A stretch of DNA of 54,762 bases, filler included, from Diploschistes diacapsis (taxonomy: Eukaryota), in assembly GCA_023645945.1 (NCBI GenBank). It is 5 parts of 5 records of this genome, joined end to end, with 100 filler letters (N's around TTAATTAATTAA, not from the genome) between each part and the next. Parts side by side here need not be neighbours in the genome. Positions count along the whole stretch, not along the records: positions 32,952 to 43,807 come from JALAIB010000879.1; positions 43,908 to 54,762 come from JALAIB010000880.1; 3 more parts are not named here. One strand, 5' to 3'. The number at the start of each line of letters is the position of its first letter. The first letter of the stretch is position 1. The notes beneath the pieces are model-generated. The model had not been told where the DNA came from, searched no databases, and worked only from the letters and a program-made list of their open reading frames with translations. Positions 39,797 to 50,410 of this stretch are shown here, one piece after another. The translations under genes were made by a program, and so were the position numbers.

Positions 39797-41069
39797 AACA
39801 TCTTTAAGTCATTCGAAGAGCCTTTGGGGTACTCCTATGGCCCTTTGGAGCAAAGGAAGGGTTATATAGAATATGGAATTTCGAAATATGCAGCATTAGT
39901 CGTCGATAATATGTTGCAGCTTGCACAACGGCAAATTCGCTATATGAGCTCTCAAAGCAGGGTCTATGATATCACAGGGCAGAATATACTAGCAGATGAA
40001 AATGGTGTTCCAAAAGGCTGATATCGCTGACTTATAGAAAAAGCGATTCTATATAGTTCTTATCAAACAACTAAATATCTAATGCAATACCATACACCAC
40101 TGATTACTTTTTATGTTCTTTATGCTCTACAAGGTCCTTCTATAGTCTGGAACTTGTACCTATTTCCTGAAACGGTAGGATATCGATGTACTCCGGACTT
40201 GATGCAATTCAAACTAATTAACCTGTGCCGTCGAATGACAGTATGTTATTATAATACGATATATAATTGAAGTGTCTTTTGAAGCTTCAGCCGCACCTTA
40301 TTTGAGATGCTGGAGAGTTCGGCCTCGGTGATCTAGGCTGGAAAGGATAATAAAGCTTTCTGTATTATACGGCTATGAGTGCAGCAGGAACAGTGTTAAA
40401 AGAGGTTTTCACTCTATTCCAAATAGGTTGTTAAGCTAGAGCCTAGATCGTTGATTTTCATTGTATACAATAAGCAGTAGCATGATACGGTGCTTCTTAA
40501 GAGATCTCAAGTTGGCATTCAGTAAGATCAGAGTATTGGCAGCGTTTTGGGTGCCGTAATTCTTTAGGTAAATCTTTTTCTCAATCTCAATTTTCTGCAA
40601 CTTGAAAAACCTCAGCCATGATTGAAGAAAGACTTCCGAACCTTACGAACACTGTGGTTCCTGATCCGTGCTAACTCAATAGGCCACTATAATTAAATAT
40701 TTCCTCACATCATACGCTGTGTACAGCTTTACTTGATAGAGTATATGCTCAGTGCTTTTTATTCTATTTCGGGTAACTTTAGTGCCCTAGTTTTCTGCTC
40801 ATGTTTTCTTTTTGTTACATTTCTTAACTATGTCTGATGTGTCTTGGACTGATCGTACTTGTGAATACTGAGATAGACGGAGCAGTTTCATATAGGCCTA
40901 ATAAACTATGCAGTCCCAAATGTTTATCAGTTTCGTAATGCGAGATGCGCTGTCGGTATATTTATGTGTTATGTCTCTTCTCCTGCAATTGCTTCGAATG
41001 CTTACCCAATAACTCGCTTTTGATATCCAAAAGCCTGGTGTTCAGAGCTGTTCGATTTCCTTTGCACTG

Positions 41070-42607
41070 AGCTATTGGAGCTTCCTTGCCTTTGGCGTCT
41101 CTACTAATGCTCCCTGCTCCCTCTATGGGCCAAGCCAATCCTATCAGAGACCATTTCGTCTTAGAAAAACGCGACAGTCGCAATGTCATCTATGTCAGTC
41201 TTGAACAGAGAGACCAATCTCCTCGACAAAGAAACGTGACGTCGACCTAGTAATCTTCACTTCTATCCTCACCTTGTTAAATTTTCTAGGACGGGTTCTT
41301 CTATGCCTTCAACTTTTTGATCGGTAACCCACCGCAGCCAATGTTGCGCTAGATACAGGCTCTCGAGATCTCATTATCAACACCGTCGACTCTACGTTCT
41401 GCAAACAAGCCAATTATTTTGGCATTTACAGCCTGAATGCATCGACTATTGAAAGCACATGGCCGAAGATATGAGCATCTCTTACGCTCTGGGAGGAGGC
41501 AACGGATCTTGACTGGCCGACGAGATTGGAATCGGGGGAGCAAAGATGAAAGGCTACCAATTTGGCGTGATGAACGTCTCTACACAGCCGCTATCCTATT
41601 GGGGACTCGGCTTTCCAGAGCCCGTGCTTGGTTTCATGAATGGGTTGAATGCGCCCCCCAATACGACGCTTCGTACGATGTAGAATTTTGGGGTCATGAA
41701 CTCTGCTTCTGCTTCAATAAGACTCAAGGAGCCTGGTGGAATCGTCTTTGGTGGTGTGGACAGCTCTGCGTACACTGGCGATCTCGTCGCTTTGCCCATG
41801 CTTAATGAGCCTATACCTGCGGTTTTGGGTTCTTGGCCGTTGAAATGACTTCCCTGACCATCTCGCACCAAGGCTCGAGAGTGCAAACCTTTCAAACAAC
41901 TCTTTGCCTGTGGAAGTTACGCTTGACACGGGCAGTCCTGACATGAAGCTGCCTCTCGAGCTTGCCGCTGCCATCTGGGAGCTACTCAACATAACCGCCA
42001 ACCTGACGATAGTGAATCCGACTGATTCTCCAACGTCCTATACCGAATGCTACGGCTTCTGCCCCTGCAGCATGTCAAACAGCTCAAAAACGGTAAATCC
42101 CGGGTTCGGCCAATTGTAGCTCGACTACTGATCAGCTCACTATTGTTCGATCCGCCGGCATCTCTATTAACGGGCCTACCATACTCCTGATCTGCTACCC
42201 GGAACCTGTGTCTTTGGTACCAATCCCAACCTCAGGCCGGTTCAGTTGAGTATGGAGCTAGGGACTGCGTTTCTGCAGAGTGTCTACTTGTTATCGACGA
42301 GGATAGCCACGAGATTGGTTTCGCGAACTTGGCCGACAAGCCCGGCGCTCCGAGTGTACCGGAAATTGCGCTAGGCGGACAAGGTCTCCTCGACTTTGGT
42401 GGCGTTCATGTTCCAGCATCCAGCTCGGTCACTCCCTCAAAGACCAGTTTGGCAGCGCCATCTGACTCGATAGAAGCACATTCGGCGACTGCCTCGCCAA
42501 AGGCTGCGAGTTCACCGCTGGTCAGAAATGATGCAAATCAGATCCCGGTTTCTTACTTGGCCATGACCGTCATATTGATTGTTTGCGAAATTGTAGCTTT
42601 CGGCTAG
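41070..42607 (+). pseudogene. Decayed yapsin/SAP-like (A1) aspartic protease with a GPI-type tail
   Basis: Recognisable fragments: propeptide ending LEKR, YAFNFLIGNPPQ, first LDTGS (41352-41363), ISY flap, QFGV, GLG, GIVFGGVDSSAYTGDL, second LDTGS (41925 onward) and a hydrophobic C-terminus. They lie in different frames, with in-frame stops at 41510 (TGA) and 41681 (TAG). The 5' boundary is approximate. Confidence 0.85.
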
Positions 42608-43086
42608 GTCTGTGAGGAGAAAGCTGCAGATGGATGGATTCTCCTACATGTAATTATAAATGATGAGATGACCGCCGGTTGAGTTGAAACAAGTTCAATG
42701 GTGATGTTCTGAAATCTACAGTGTAACAGGCGGCGCAAACACAAAGCCTCTTGCGGTACTCCCAGCTAGGTGGGCGAATCCTACAACGCTGGCTACCCAT
42801 GCGTATTTCTGTAACTTTATATCTTGTAGGTCCCGCGTAATACAGCCTTTATAGGTCGTGATCTTTCCAGAAAAAGGGGCTGCGCACAGACCAGCCGCCC
42901 GTGCTTCAGGGGGATTTTCTTGATCCCTGTCGCTGGCGGCATGTGGAAGAGCTGATCTGAGCTCGCATAAACTTCCATGTGGTGAGACCACACCTTTCTC
43001 ATGCTGCGCTTCAGGCCCGGCATGGTAATTCTATATTCCATCAGCTGGGGTGGAGCAGTACTGACCTAGTTTACTAACTCTCTACA

Positions 43087-43807
43087 ATGCCTCGCTATGG
43101 CGAACCCGACTACGACCCCAACTTTGACGACTCGCCGCCCCCCTCGCCAAAACGCAGGGCCTTCCGCGCAGCCTCAACCCCTTCAATACTCGGCTCCATA
43201 GGCCTCAAGCTATGGCGCTCCCGGACAATTATCTTGATCTTCATCTCCTTCACATCTCTTATCTACCTTCTCTCTAGGTTCCGTCGCAGCAGTCCGGTGT
43301 ATACACCGAAGCACGGCTCGTCGTTGAACTACAAGAACGTCAATTGGAAGCACTATGCCTACAGCCAGTATGCGACGGACAGCGACCATCTGTGCAATGC
43401 TGTTATGATATTCGACACGTTGAAGAAGTATGGAAGCAAGGCGGATAGGGTGCTGATGTACCCGAACACAATGGACACGGTGGTGTCGGAAATTCGAGAT
43501 CGGGATAGCCAGTTGCTGGTCATGGCCCGGGATGTGTACGGCGTGAAGCTCGTGCCGATCGAGGTCCCGCATGTCATTAAGAACAGTAAGTCGCTACATG
43601 GGCCTGAATAAACTTTCCATATTTCTGAAGCTAATGCCCCATTCCTAGCCTCCGTCGACAACCCCGCCCCTTTCACCGACCCCTCCATTTCTCTCTGGGA
43701 CCAGTCCATAACGAAACTTATGACCTTCAACCTAACCCAATACCTCCGCATAATCCATCTCGACAATGACGCCACTCTCCTCACTCATCTCGACTCCCTC
43801 TTCTTCC
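43087..43807 (+). CDS. Glycosyltransferase family 8, GNT1-like type II membrane N-acetylglucosaminyltransferase, 3' truncated
   Basis: N-terminal TM anchor, YAYSQYATDSDHLCNAVMIF, SKADRVLMYP, an intron at about 43587-43648, then TKLMTFNLTQYLRIIHLDNDA with a DxD motif. Confidence 0.85.
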
Positions 43808-43907
43808 NNNNNNNNNNNNNNNNNNNNNNNNNNNNNNNNNNNNNNNNNNNNTTAATTAATTAANNNNNNNNNNNNNNNNNNNNNNNNNNNNNNNNNNNNN
43901 NNNNNNN
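43808..43907. other. Artificial contig spacer (N44-TTAATTAATTAA-N44)
   Basis: Identical 100-bp six-frame-stop linker. Confidence 0.98.
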
Positions 43908-45018
43908 CCCTCCCCGCGCGCTCCGAAAAGTCGGGCTTCGAGTCCATCTCGCTCGCGCCCGCGACGTTCCACACCGAGCTGCCGAGCCGCAGCACGTTGC
44001 CGAGGAAGCGCTGGTCTATTTTCATTTTCCCCCTGGCGGTGGCCTGGAGGAGGGGGTGGTTTGCGGAGACGGAATGGGGCTGAGACCGGGTTTGGGAAGA
44101 GGACGGGGGCGAGGCGGAAGAGGTGAGGAGGGAGCGCAGGAAGGAGAGGCCGTAGGAGAGGAGGACTTCGCGGTGCGAGTAGTGGGTTAGAGGGCTGGGG
44201 CTGTGCATGGTGTTGTGGTTGTGGTGGGACTGGGAGGGTGCCCGGGAGGTCGAGGTACCTGGGGACGGGGACTGTGGGCGGGAGAGAGTAGAAGGTGTGC
44301 TTCGAGATTGTAGTTGTTTTTGCCGCGGCAACGAAGAATGCGACGGCCCGGCCTCTGCTAGCTCCGCCGCATGCACCTCCGGAACAACACACTCCGCCAG
44401 CTCGCCGAGCCGACGGTGCATGTGCGCGTGCACGCACATCAGCTCCTCGATCTCCCACGGCGGTAGCCGGTCCAGAAACACCTCTCTCGTCTCGTCCATG
44501 TCGAGACAGTCCTCGTAGTCGACGCCCGGGTGCACCCTGTCCGCAAAGAGCACGGCGTAGAGATCAAAGTGGTAGAAGGCGCGGTGCACGCGCGCGATCT
44601 CCTCCGGCGCCAGGTTGTGGTGCGTCGCCTCGGGCGGCCGATGGTACGGGAAGCGCTTGACCATCGCAAAGCACATGTCGTACAGGAACCACTCGACCAG
44701 CGCGTGCCGGCGGGCAAGGCTGTTGAAGACGGCGGTGTCGGGGGAGGGGTAGGGGTGCGGCGGCGCCCAGGTGGAGAGGAAGGATTCGATGGTAAAGAAG
44801 TCGCGGGAGCGGAGAGTTGTGGAGTGGTGCAGGGCGAGGGCGGAGCAGAGGAGGGAGGGGCCGAGAGCTTTGCGGAGGACGGAGGAGAGGATGGAGGTTC
44901 GGGAGGCTGCGAAAGCGTCGTGCATCGAGTGGCTGGTTAGGATGAGGCTGCGGAGGGAAGAAAACTCGTCGATGCTGAGCATTAGGGCGATCTTGAGGTC
45001 GAGGGGAAGATGCTCCAT
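43908..45018 (-). CDS. Uncharacterised fungal protein with an F-box-like N-terminus, 3' truncated
   Basis: Long GC-rich ORF starting MEHLPLDLKIALMLSIDEFSSLRSLILTS, with EIARVHRAFYHFDLY and LPPWEIEELMCV motifs typical of a fungal F-box-like family. Confidence 0.7.
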
Positions 45019-46010
45019 TTTGGCGTGGTCCCTCTTGTTGAGCGCTCAAGGCCTTCTCGGGTATGCTTGTTGACTGGTATTGGAACAAGAGGGTATCAGA
45101 GAGGAAGGAAGGTCAACATAAAGTTGAAACATATAGGTCTTTTATCGACCCTGCTCGCCCTCGTGAAGGCAAGTTCAGCACTAAGTCACATAAGCCAAAG
45201 GCTAAAACATAACACGGACTCCTACTTCCTTGATTGACGTGCCGATCAATCCTTGTTCCTGTGGATCTCACCATTCGAGTCGATCGGAGTCGGATCCGGT
45301 AGGCCATCTGTGTTGATTTCAAATTAAAAACTGCCCCCCAATAGATCCAACGTTGCACGATTAGAGAAAATCGACGAGCTGAAATTCCAAGATTGTTTCT
45401 GGCGATCACTGATCTGGGCAGTCATGGCGGATCCCATTCGTCGCGGACTAGCGCTGTTTCCTTGCCGAGCTGGAGATCTATTCGTACTGCGCAGTGATTA
45501 ATCGTGGAAGAGAAGCATATCGTAGACATAAATAAACTACGTTGTATGACCTCTGTAAGAGTTAGGATTATGTAAATATTTGACAGTACTATTGGTAGAG
45601 GTATGAACAACGCTATCCCAGCCCATTGAGCCTCTTGGTTTGAACATGTCCATTCTGTTTCCCCTTGCGTGGTTTGGTTCCTAACCTGACATAGCGGCCT
45701 AACGTTACTCTTGTAAGGGATAAAGTGTTGTGATGGTATAAATGGGCAAGTGCACCATCGGTTGGATAATTCGGGTGCATTTGCACTGGACTTCTCAGGC
45801 TCAAGAGTTTGTTGTCGAATATCTGACCTCAAAGCATTGATGTGGCCCGAAATAGACAGCAATCTATCAATGATCCTAAATCCGCGAATCAAGCCAGACC
45901 ATTCCCACCTTTCGAGCAAACAATTATTCAATTCCCATCCTGCCTTCCAACCCCCCCTATCCATGCCTCGATCACCTCACCGTGTTCCAATCACCCACCT
46001 TTCCCCTCGC

Positions 46011-47773
46011 TCAAGCAGCAGCAGCAGCAGCCACTTCCCTCGCTACCTCGATCCTCTCCTCTGCCTCTCCCACGCCGCCCTTCAGACGCCTCAATTTCTC
46101 CGTAGCAGCTGCCATATTCGCCATTCCCTGCGTCGGGCTAACGCCCACCCGCTCCTTACCCAACAGATCCACCAGCAGCGGGCTCGGCCTCGCCTCCCGT
46201 CCTTCGACACCGAGCATGACCTGGCCCTTCTTGAACTTCTTTACGCTCTCCAGATACGCCTCGAACAGGTAGCTACTGTCCAACGGACCTCCCTTCGCCT
46301 CCGGGTGGAACTGCGTGCTGAAGATGGGTCGAGACTTGTGCATCATGCCTTCGTTCGAAGAGTCGTTAAGGTTGATAAAATATTCCTTGAAATCAGGCGG
46401 CAGAGTAGCGGCGTCAACGGCATACCCGTGGTTTTGGCTGGTAATGTGGCAACGGCCCGTTGTAAGGTCCAAGGCAGGTATGTTGTGCGCGCGGTTCCCA
46501 TACTTCATCTTGATGGTCTTGGCCCCGGCAGCGAGGGCGAGAAGCTGATGGCCAAGGCATATCCCCATGATGGGTACCTGGCTAGAGTCCATGAGCTTGC
46601 GCAAATGATAGACTGTTGACTGTAAATGGGTCGGGTCACCTATGGAGAGATTAGTTTGGTCTCAGGCCCTTGAAGAGAAAGTTCGGGTTCTGATGGAAGA
46701 GGATGCGGAAACAGGGGGAACCATACCGGGCCCATTCTCGGATATGGTTAGCGAAAACCCAAAAACGTGGATAATGGCCACTTACCGAGATAAAAACTCC
46801 ATCGAAATGGTGAGCAACTTTGTGAATGGGGTAGTCATACGGAAAGACAGTGACGCTCGCACCCCTCGAGGCCAAAGACCTGAGTATATTCTCTTTTACT
46901 CCGCAATCCAGCACTGCGACGTGCAAATCGCCCGAAGAAGGAACATGGAAAGGTGCTTTGGTACTGACTTGGCCCACCAGATTGACTAACAACATGTCAG
47001 TATCTGATGCCTTGACCAGAAATCTGCCAGCTCACTCTGCTCTGGATCCACAAACGCCTCATCTTCATCGGCGTCGTATTCCTCGCCCACGGTTATGCGG
47101 GCCAGAGAGGACCCTTGCTCTCTCAGATGGGTGACGATGGCCCGCGTATCGACGCCAGAAATCGCGGGCACGCCTTCACGCGCGCACCATTCGGCGAGAG
47201 ACTCGACAGCAGTCCAGTGGCTGTATTTCTCGGCTACGTCGGCCACAACGACGCCGCAGGCTTGCATGTTCGGGGACTCGAAGTATTTCAATAGTCCGTG
47301 CTCATCACGGACAGAGGACGGGACGCCATAGTTGCCGATCAACGGCTGGGTGAAGACCAGTATCTGGCCTCTGTATGAAGGGTCCGTGAGCTTGATTGAA
47401 GCATTAGTTGAGTCGGTACCGGGGAGCTCTTTCAAACCTACTGATTCAGGATACCCTACCAGCGACGTCGTAAAGACGGCTTCGCCGGAAATGTTGGATT
47501 TGGCTCCGAAGGACTTGCCGTGGAAGATAGGCCCGTCCTGTGACTGATGTTCAGATCATGTACATACAAAGGGCTCCAATATCGTCCTACCCTGATCGTA
47601 AATGTAGCAGGTTCATGAGTCACTGCTGTCCTTCTTCCACTTTGAGGAGGCTGCGTTTGTCGAGGAGTATTGGCTGCGACGGTTGCGAGGCCCCTGAACC
47701 GCAGGGCGGCCATCGTAGGCTTAGGAAGAGCCAATGGCCCACGTGTGGCACTTGTGCACAGGCGTGCAAACAT
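46011..47773 (-). CDS. CPA1: Arginine-specific carbamoyl-phosphate synthetase small (glutaminase) subunit, mitochondrial (CPA1/arg-2)
   Basis: Mitochondrial presequence MFARL.., [15 protein letters not shown]^[31 protein letters not shown] (via a microexon), nucleophile [20 protein letters not shown]. Confidence 0.97.
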
Positions 47774-47813
47774 ATTGATAATCGTGGCAGCAACAAGATC
47801 TTGGCTTGGTCGA

Positions 47814-48015
47814 TCAGTTTACCGAAGCTTTCCACACCTGGTCTGTAGCGTTGTGAGTTCATCAACCGCAAGCCGAATTAGCTGTTCTGGAAGGCCTACC
47901 AGAAATATAATCCTGTATCGCGTGTTAGCTCATGTCCACGCTATTGATGCTGGAATGGCAAGCCTCCAGAGAAATTGCGTACCTGAGAGGTAAAGAGGGA
48001 TGTGTATGCACGCAT
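47814..48015 (-). CDS. Arginine attenuator peptide (AAP) uORF, 24 aa, three exons
   Basis: Exons 48015-47983, 47912-47900 and 47842-47814, joined through GTACGC..CTAAC..CAG and GTAGGC..CAG introns, give MRAYTSLFTSQDYISDQVWKASVN*. This matches the fungal AAP core FTSQDYxSDxxW and ends 40 nt before the CPA1 ATG. Confidence 0.93.
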
Positions 48016-49060
48016 ACGCGCGACTGTGCTGTTGACAATTCTTCCTTAGTTGGAGGTCTCCGAATTTGCTGTTGTGTTGTTGCTTCAGTTCTCAAGCGAG
48101 ATTTATAAACCTTTCACCGTATTTCTCGATAAGTTTCTTGGAGGGACCGGCTAGTTTCTGTGTGGGCTAACGCTAAGATACTTAGTTGCAGCAAGTTGGC
48201 TTAGCTGTCCGCTGAAGTCGATGCTGTTGCTTATCTGCGATCCAAAAATGCTTTCCCCTACGAAATTGGCCGTTGAGAAACGGAAAATGCTGGAAAGTGG
48301 TGAGAGAAAATTTTCTGGTACAGAGAGATAAGATAATCTCAGAAGGGGTTGGGGAGTTGGGGACGAAGCTCGCTTCTCTGCCCAAGCCTTTTGTGACGGA
48401 GCGAGCGAACAACGAAACCTCAAGTGGCAGTCCTTTACAATAGCTTCAGGTTGTTTTATACACGATACGAATACATCTATCCAATTTCCAAAGAACACCC
48501 TGTTCACCAACCTATCCTCATAAAGAGCTGCTACATCGTAGACACCAAGCTTCACGAGAAGCCCAATTCGATAAACAGCCCCCCAGCTGTGGGCAAGCCC
48601 CCGAATCAGTGCACAAGGCCTTACCTTGTATATTTCTCTTTGATGATCCGAGTCCTTCGTGAATATCATTACTATTTTGGAGGGAGGCTGCCTGCAATAG
48701 CCAGTCGAGAAGGACGTCAAGTAACGAGGGTTGACGAGTTTGAAAAATTACCAGACTTCACACCACGAGCACGGCACCAGAAGCCAAAGTTGAATGATTG
48801 CGTGCCAGATGCACTCGTTGATCGATATGATTGACTTATGTCGGCCCTATCTATGCTTGAGCAGGCTCCTGAGACCCATAAACCGAGCTGCTCTGTGTCG
48901 GGTATGGGGAGATAAACTGAATAAGATTCCTTATAATCCTGCCGCCCGAAGTCAGGCCTGTATCCCGCTGCCTTGCGCCATACCAGGTATCCCTGCCTTC
49001 CCATATAGCCCAAACACTGTCATTATACATGGATCAGAAAGTCATAAGCAAAGGGGTATC

Positions 49061-50410
49061 CTAAATGGTAGCAATGGTCTCCTGCTGTGTATTCGGCATG
49101 GGTTTAGTGGAAGGTAAAGGAAGGCTGGAGGCGGAATGAAATGTTTCTTTTTCCGGCGGCGAGGAAGCGTCTTCTTCGTAGAGGCTACTAAGGCTCGCTA
49201 TGTCGTCCGAGATGTCGGTTGAGTCATGCGCCCGAGCCTCGGGTACCATATGTGTGAGACTTTGCCGGGAGCCGTTGCCCATCTCAGCCACAGGCTTTCG
49301 TTCCTTGTCCTCGTTCACGCTCAGACTATCAGCGGCCTGCACGCTGATGGCCAGTGTTTCGCCTGATGCGTTGGCATAATCGCCCATCACGTACGATGCC
49401 AAGCCGGCTCTGACCTGGCTCCGTTGCGGTCCGTCGTGATGAGTCGCGTCAGACTCGGCAAGGCTGTCTCCATCGTCTTCGTCGTAGAGCGGAAGGACGT
49501 CGAGGTCAGGTACGTTTTCGTCTTTGTGCCAAAGGGATTCTGAGTCTTCGATAGAGGATTGTGCAGACCAAGGGTTGGGTGAAGGCTCGCTCTTGTCGAA
49601 CGAGCTTTTGGTGGGCGAGGATGAGTAGGTGCTGCTGGAGTCGTCTTCGAAGCCTTCGTCGCCCATGTCCGTTTCGACGATCGGCTCCACTGCCTGCACT
49701 CTTCGCTGCCTTAACGGGTTCTTCACGGGTAGGGCGGGTGGGACACGTTTAGTAATGTTCACAAGCTTGGGTTTCGACTCGATCGGCGATGCTGCGGCTC
49801 GTGTGAAGATCTGTACCGACGTCATGGCTACTTCAACGTCAAGTTCTTGATCGTCGACTAGAGCATCGAGTGCATCGCCGACGGCTGAAACCTCGGATGT
49901 CTCGCTAAAGTCTTGGCCTGGCTGTGGACTCACGAACTCAGCAACTGTCTCTTCCGTCGTCTCCTGTTGATTAGGCTCCTCTTGGATAGGTGGACTGTTG
50001 CAGAAGCTCGGGGAGTCGCCGAGGAATTGCGGAGGTATCATGTTGGCTGTTTGCGTTGAGTGGTCGATACTCAGCGTACTTCGCTTGCTGTCTCGCCGAG
50101 CATCTCGAAGCGCAGCGGCATCGATGCTCTGCGTGCTGTGTCTGAAGACTGGGCTAGTTGGCGAAGGTCTATAGTCAAAGGCATCTGAGCTTGGACGACT
50201 GCGCGACCCTGCTTCTTTGATGGCTAGGCCGGCAAGCTCTAGAGCACGGACACCGAACGGATCTGGGTCGTCGGGAGACGGTAAGCCGAAGCCGTCGTGT
50301 ACCTGCGTAGGGCTCGTCGGTGTCCGAGAAATGGAAGATATGGAACTCTTGGACCTCGTGGATCTACGCTTCGCATTCCACAGAGTGAGACCAATGTTCA
50401 TCCCTGGCAT
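49061..50410 (-). CDS. Predicted disordered Ser/Asp/Pro-rich protein of about 449 aa, intronless
   Basis: Coding-like ORF from the likely ATG at 50410 (MPGMNIG, context GTCAATATG). The longer ORF extension to 50764 looks like pyrimidine-rich 5' UTR. Short motifs include DDPDPFGVRALE and PPALPVKNPLR. Confidence 0.7.
   Translation of the reverse strand: MPGMNIGLTLWNAKRRSTRSKSSISSISRTPTSPTQVHDGFGLPSPDDPDPFGVRALELAGLAIKEAGSRSRPSSDAFDYRPSPTSPVFRHSTQSIDAAALRDARRDSKRSTLSIDHSTQTANMIPPQFLGDSPSFCNSPPIQEEPNQQETTEETVAEFVSPQPGQDFSETSEVSAVGDALDALVDDQELDVEVAMTSVQIFTRAAASPIESKPKLVNITKRVPPALPVKNPLRQRRVQAVEPIVETDMGDEGFEDDSSSTYSSSPTKSSFDKSEPSPNPWSAQSSIEDSESLWHKDENVPDLDVLPLYDEDDGDSLAESDATHHDGPQRSQVRAGLASYVMGDYANASGETLAISVQAADSLSVNEDKERKPVAEMGNGSRQSLTHMVPEARAHDSTDISDDIASLSSLYEEDASSPPEKETFHSASSLPLPSTKPMPNTQQETIATI

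Noticed and set aside
10966..43863. Regularly spaced palindromic TTAATTAATTAA about every 10.95 kb, suggesting a periodic element
   Set aside because: Always centred in N44 flanks. It is an artificial six-frame-stop linker, and the spacing comes from size-sorted contigs.
45750..46619. 289-aa plus-strand ORF, and similar long antisense or alternative-frame ORFs over MYO2, SER3 and the F-box-like gene
   Set aside because: These are shadow ORFs of codon-biased real genes with no recognisable motifs.
47616..47622. Perfect TGAGTCA (Gcn4/CpcA site) in CPA1
   Set aside because: It lies inside coding exon 1 (codons V-T-H) rather than the promoter, and a single 7-mer is expected by chance in 55 kb.
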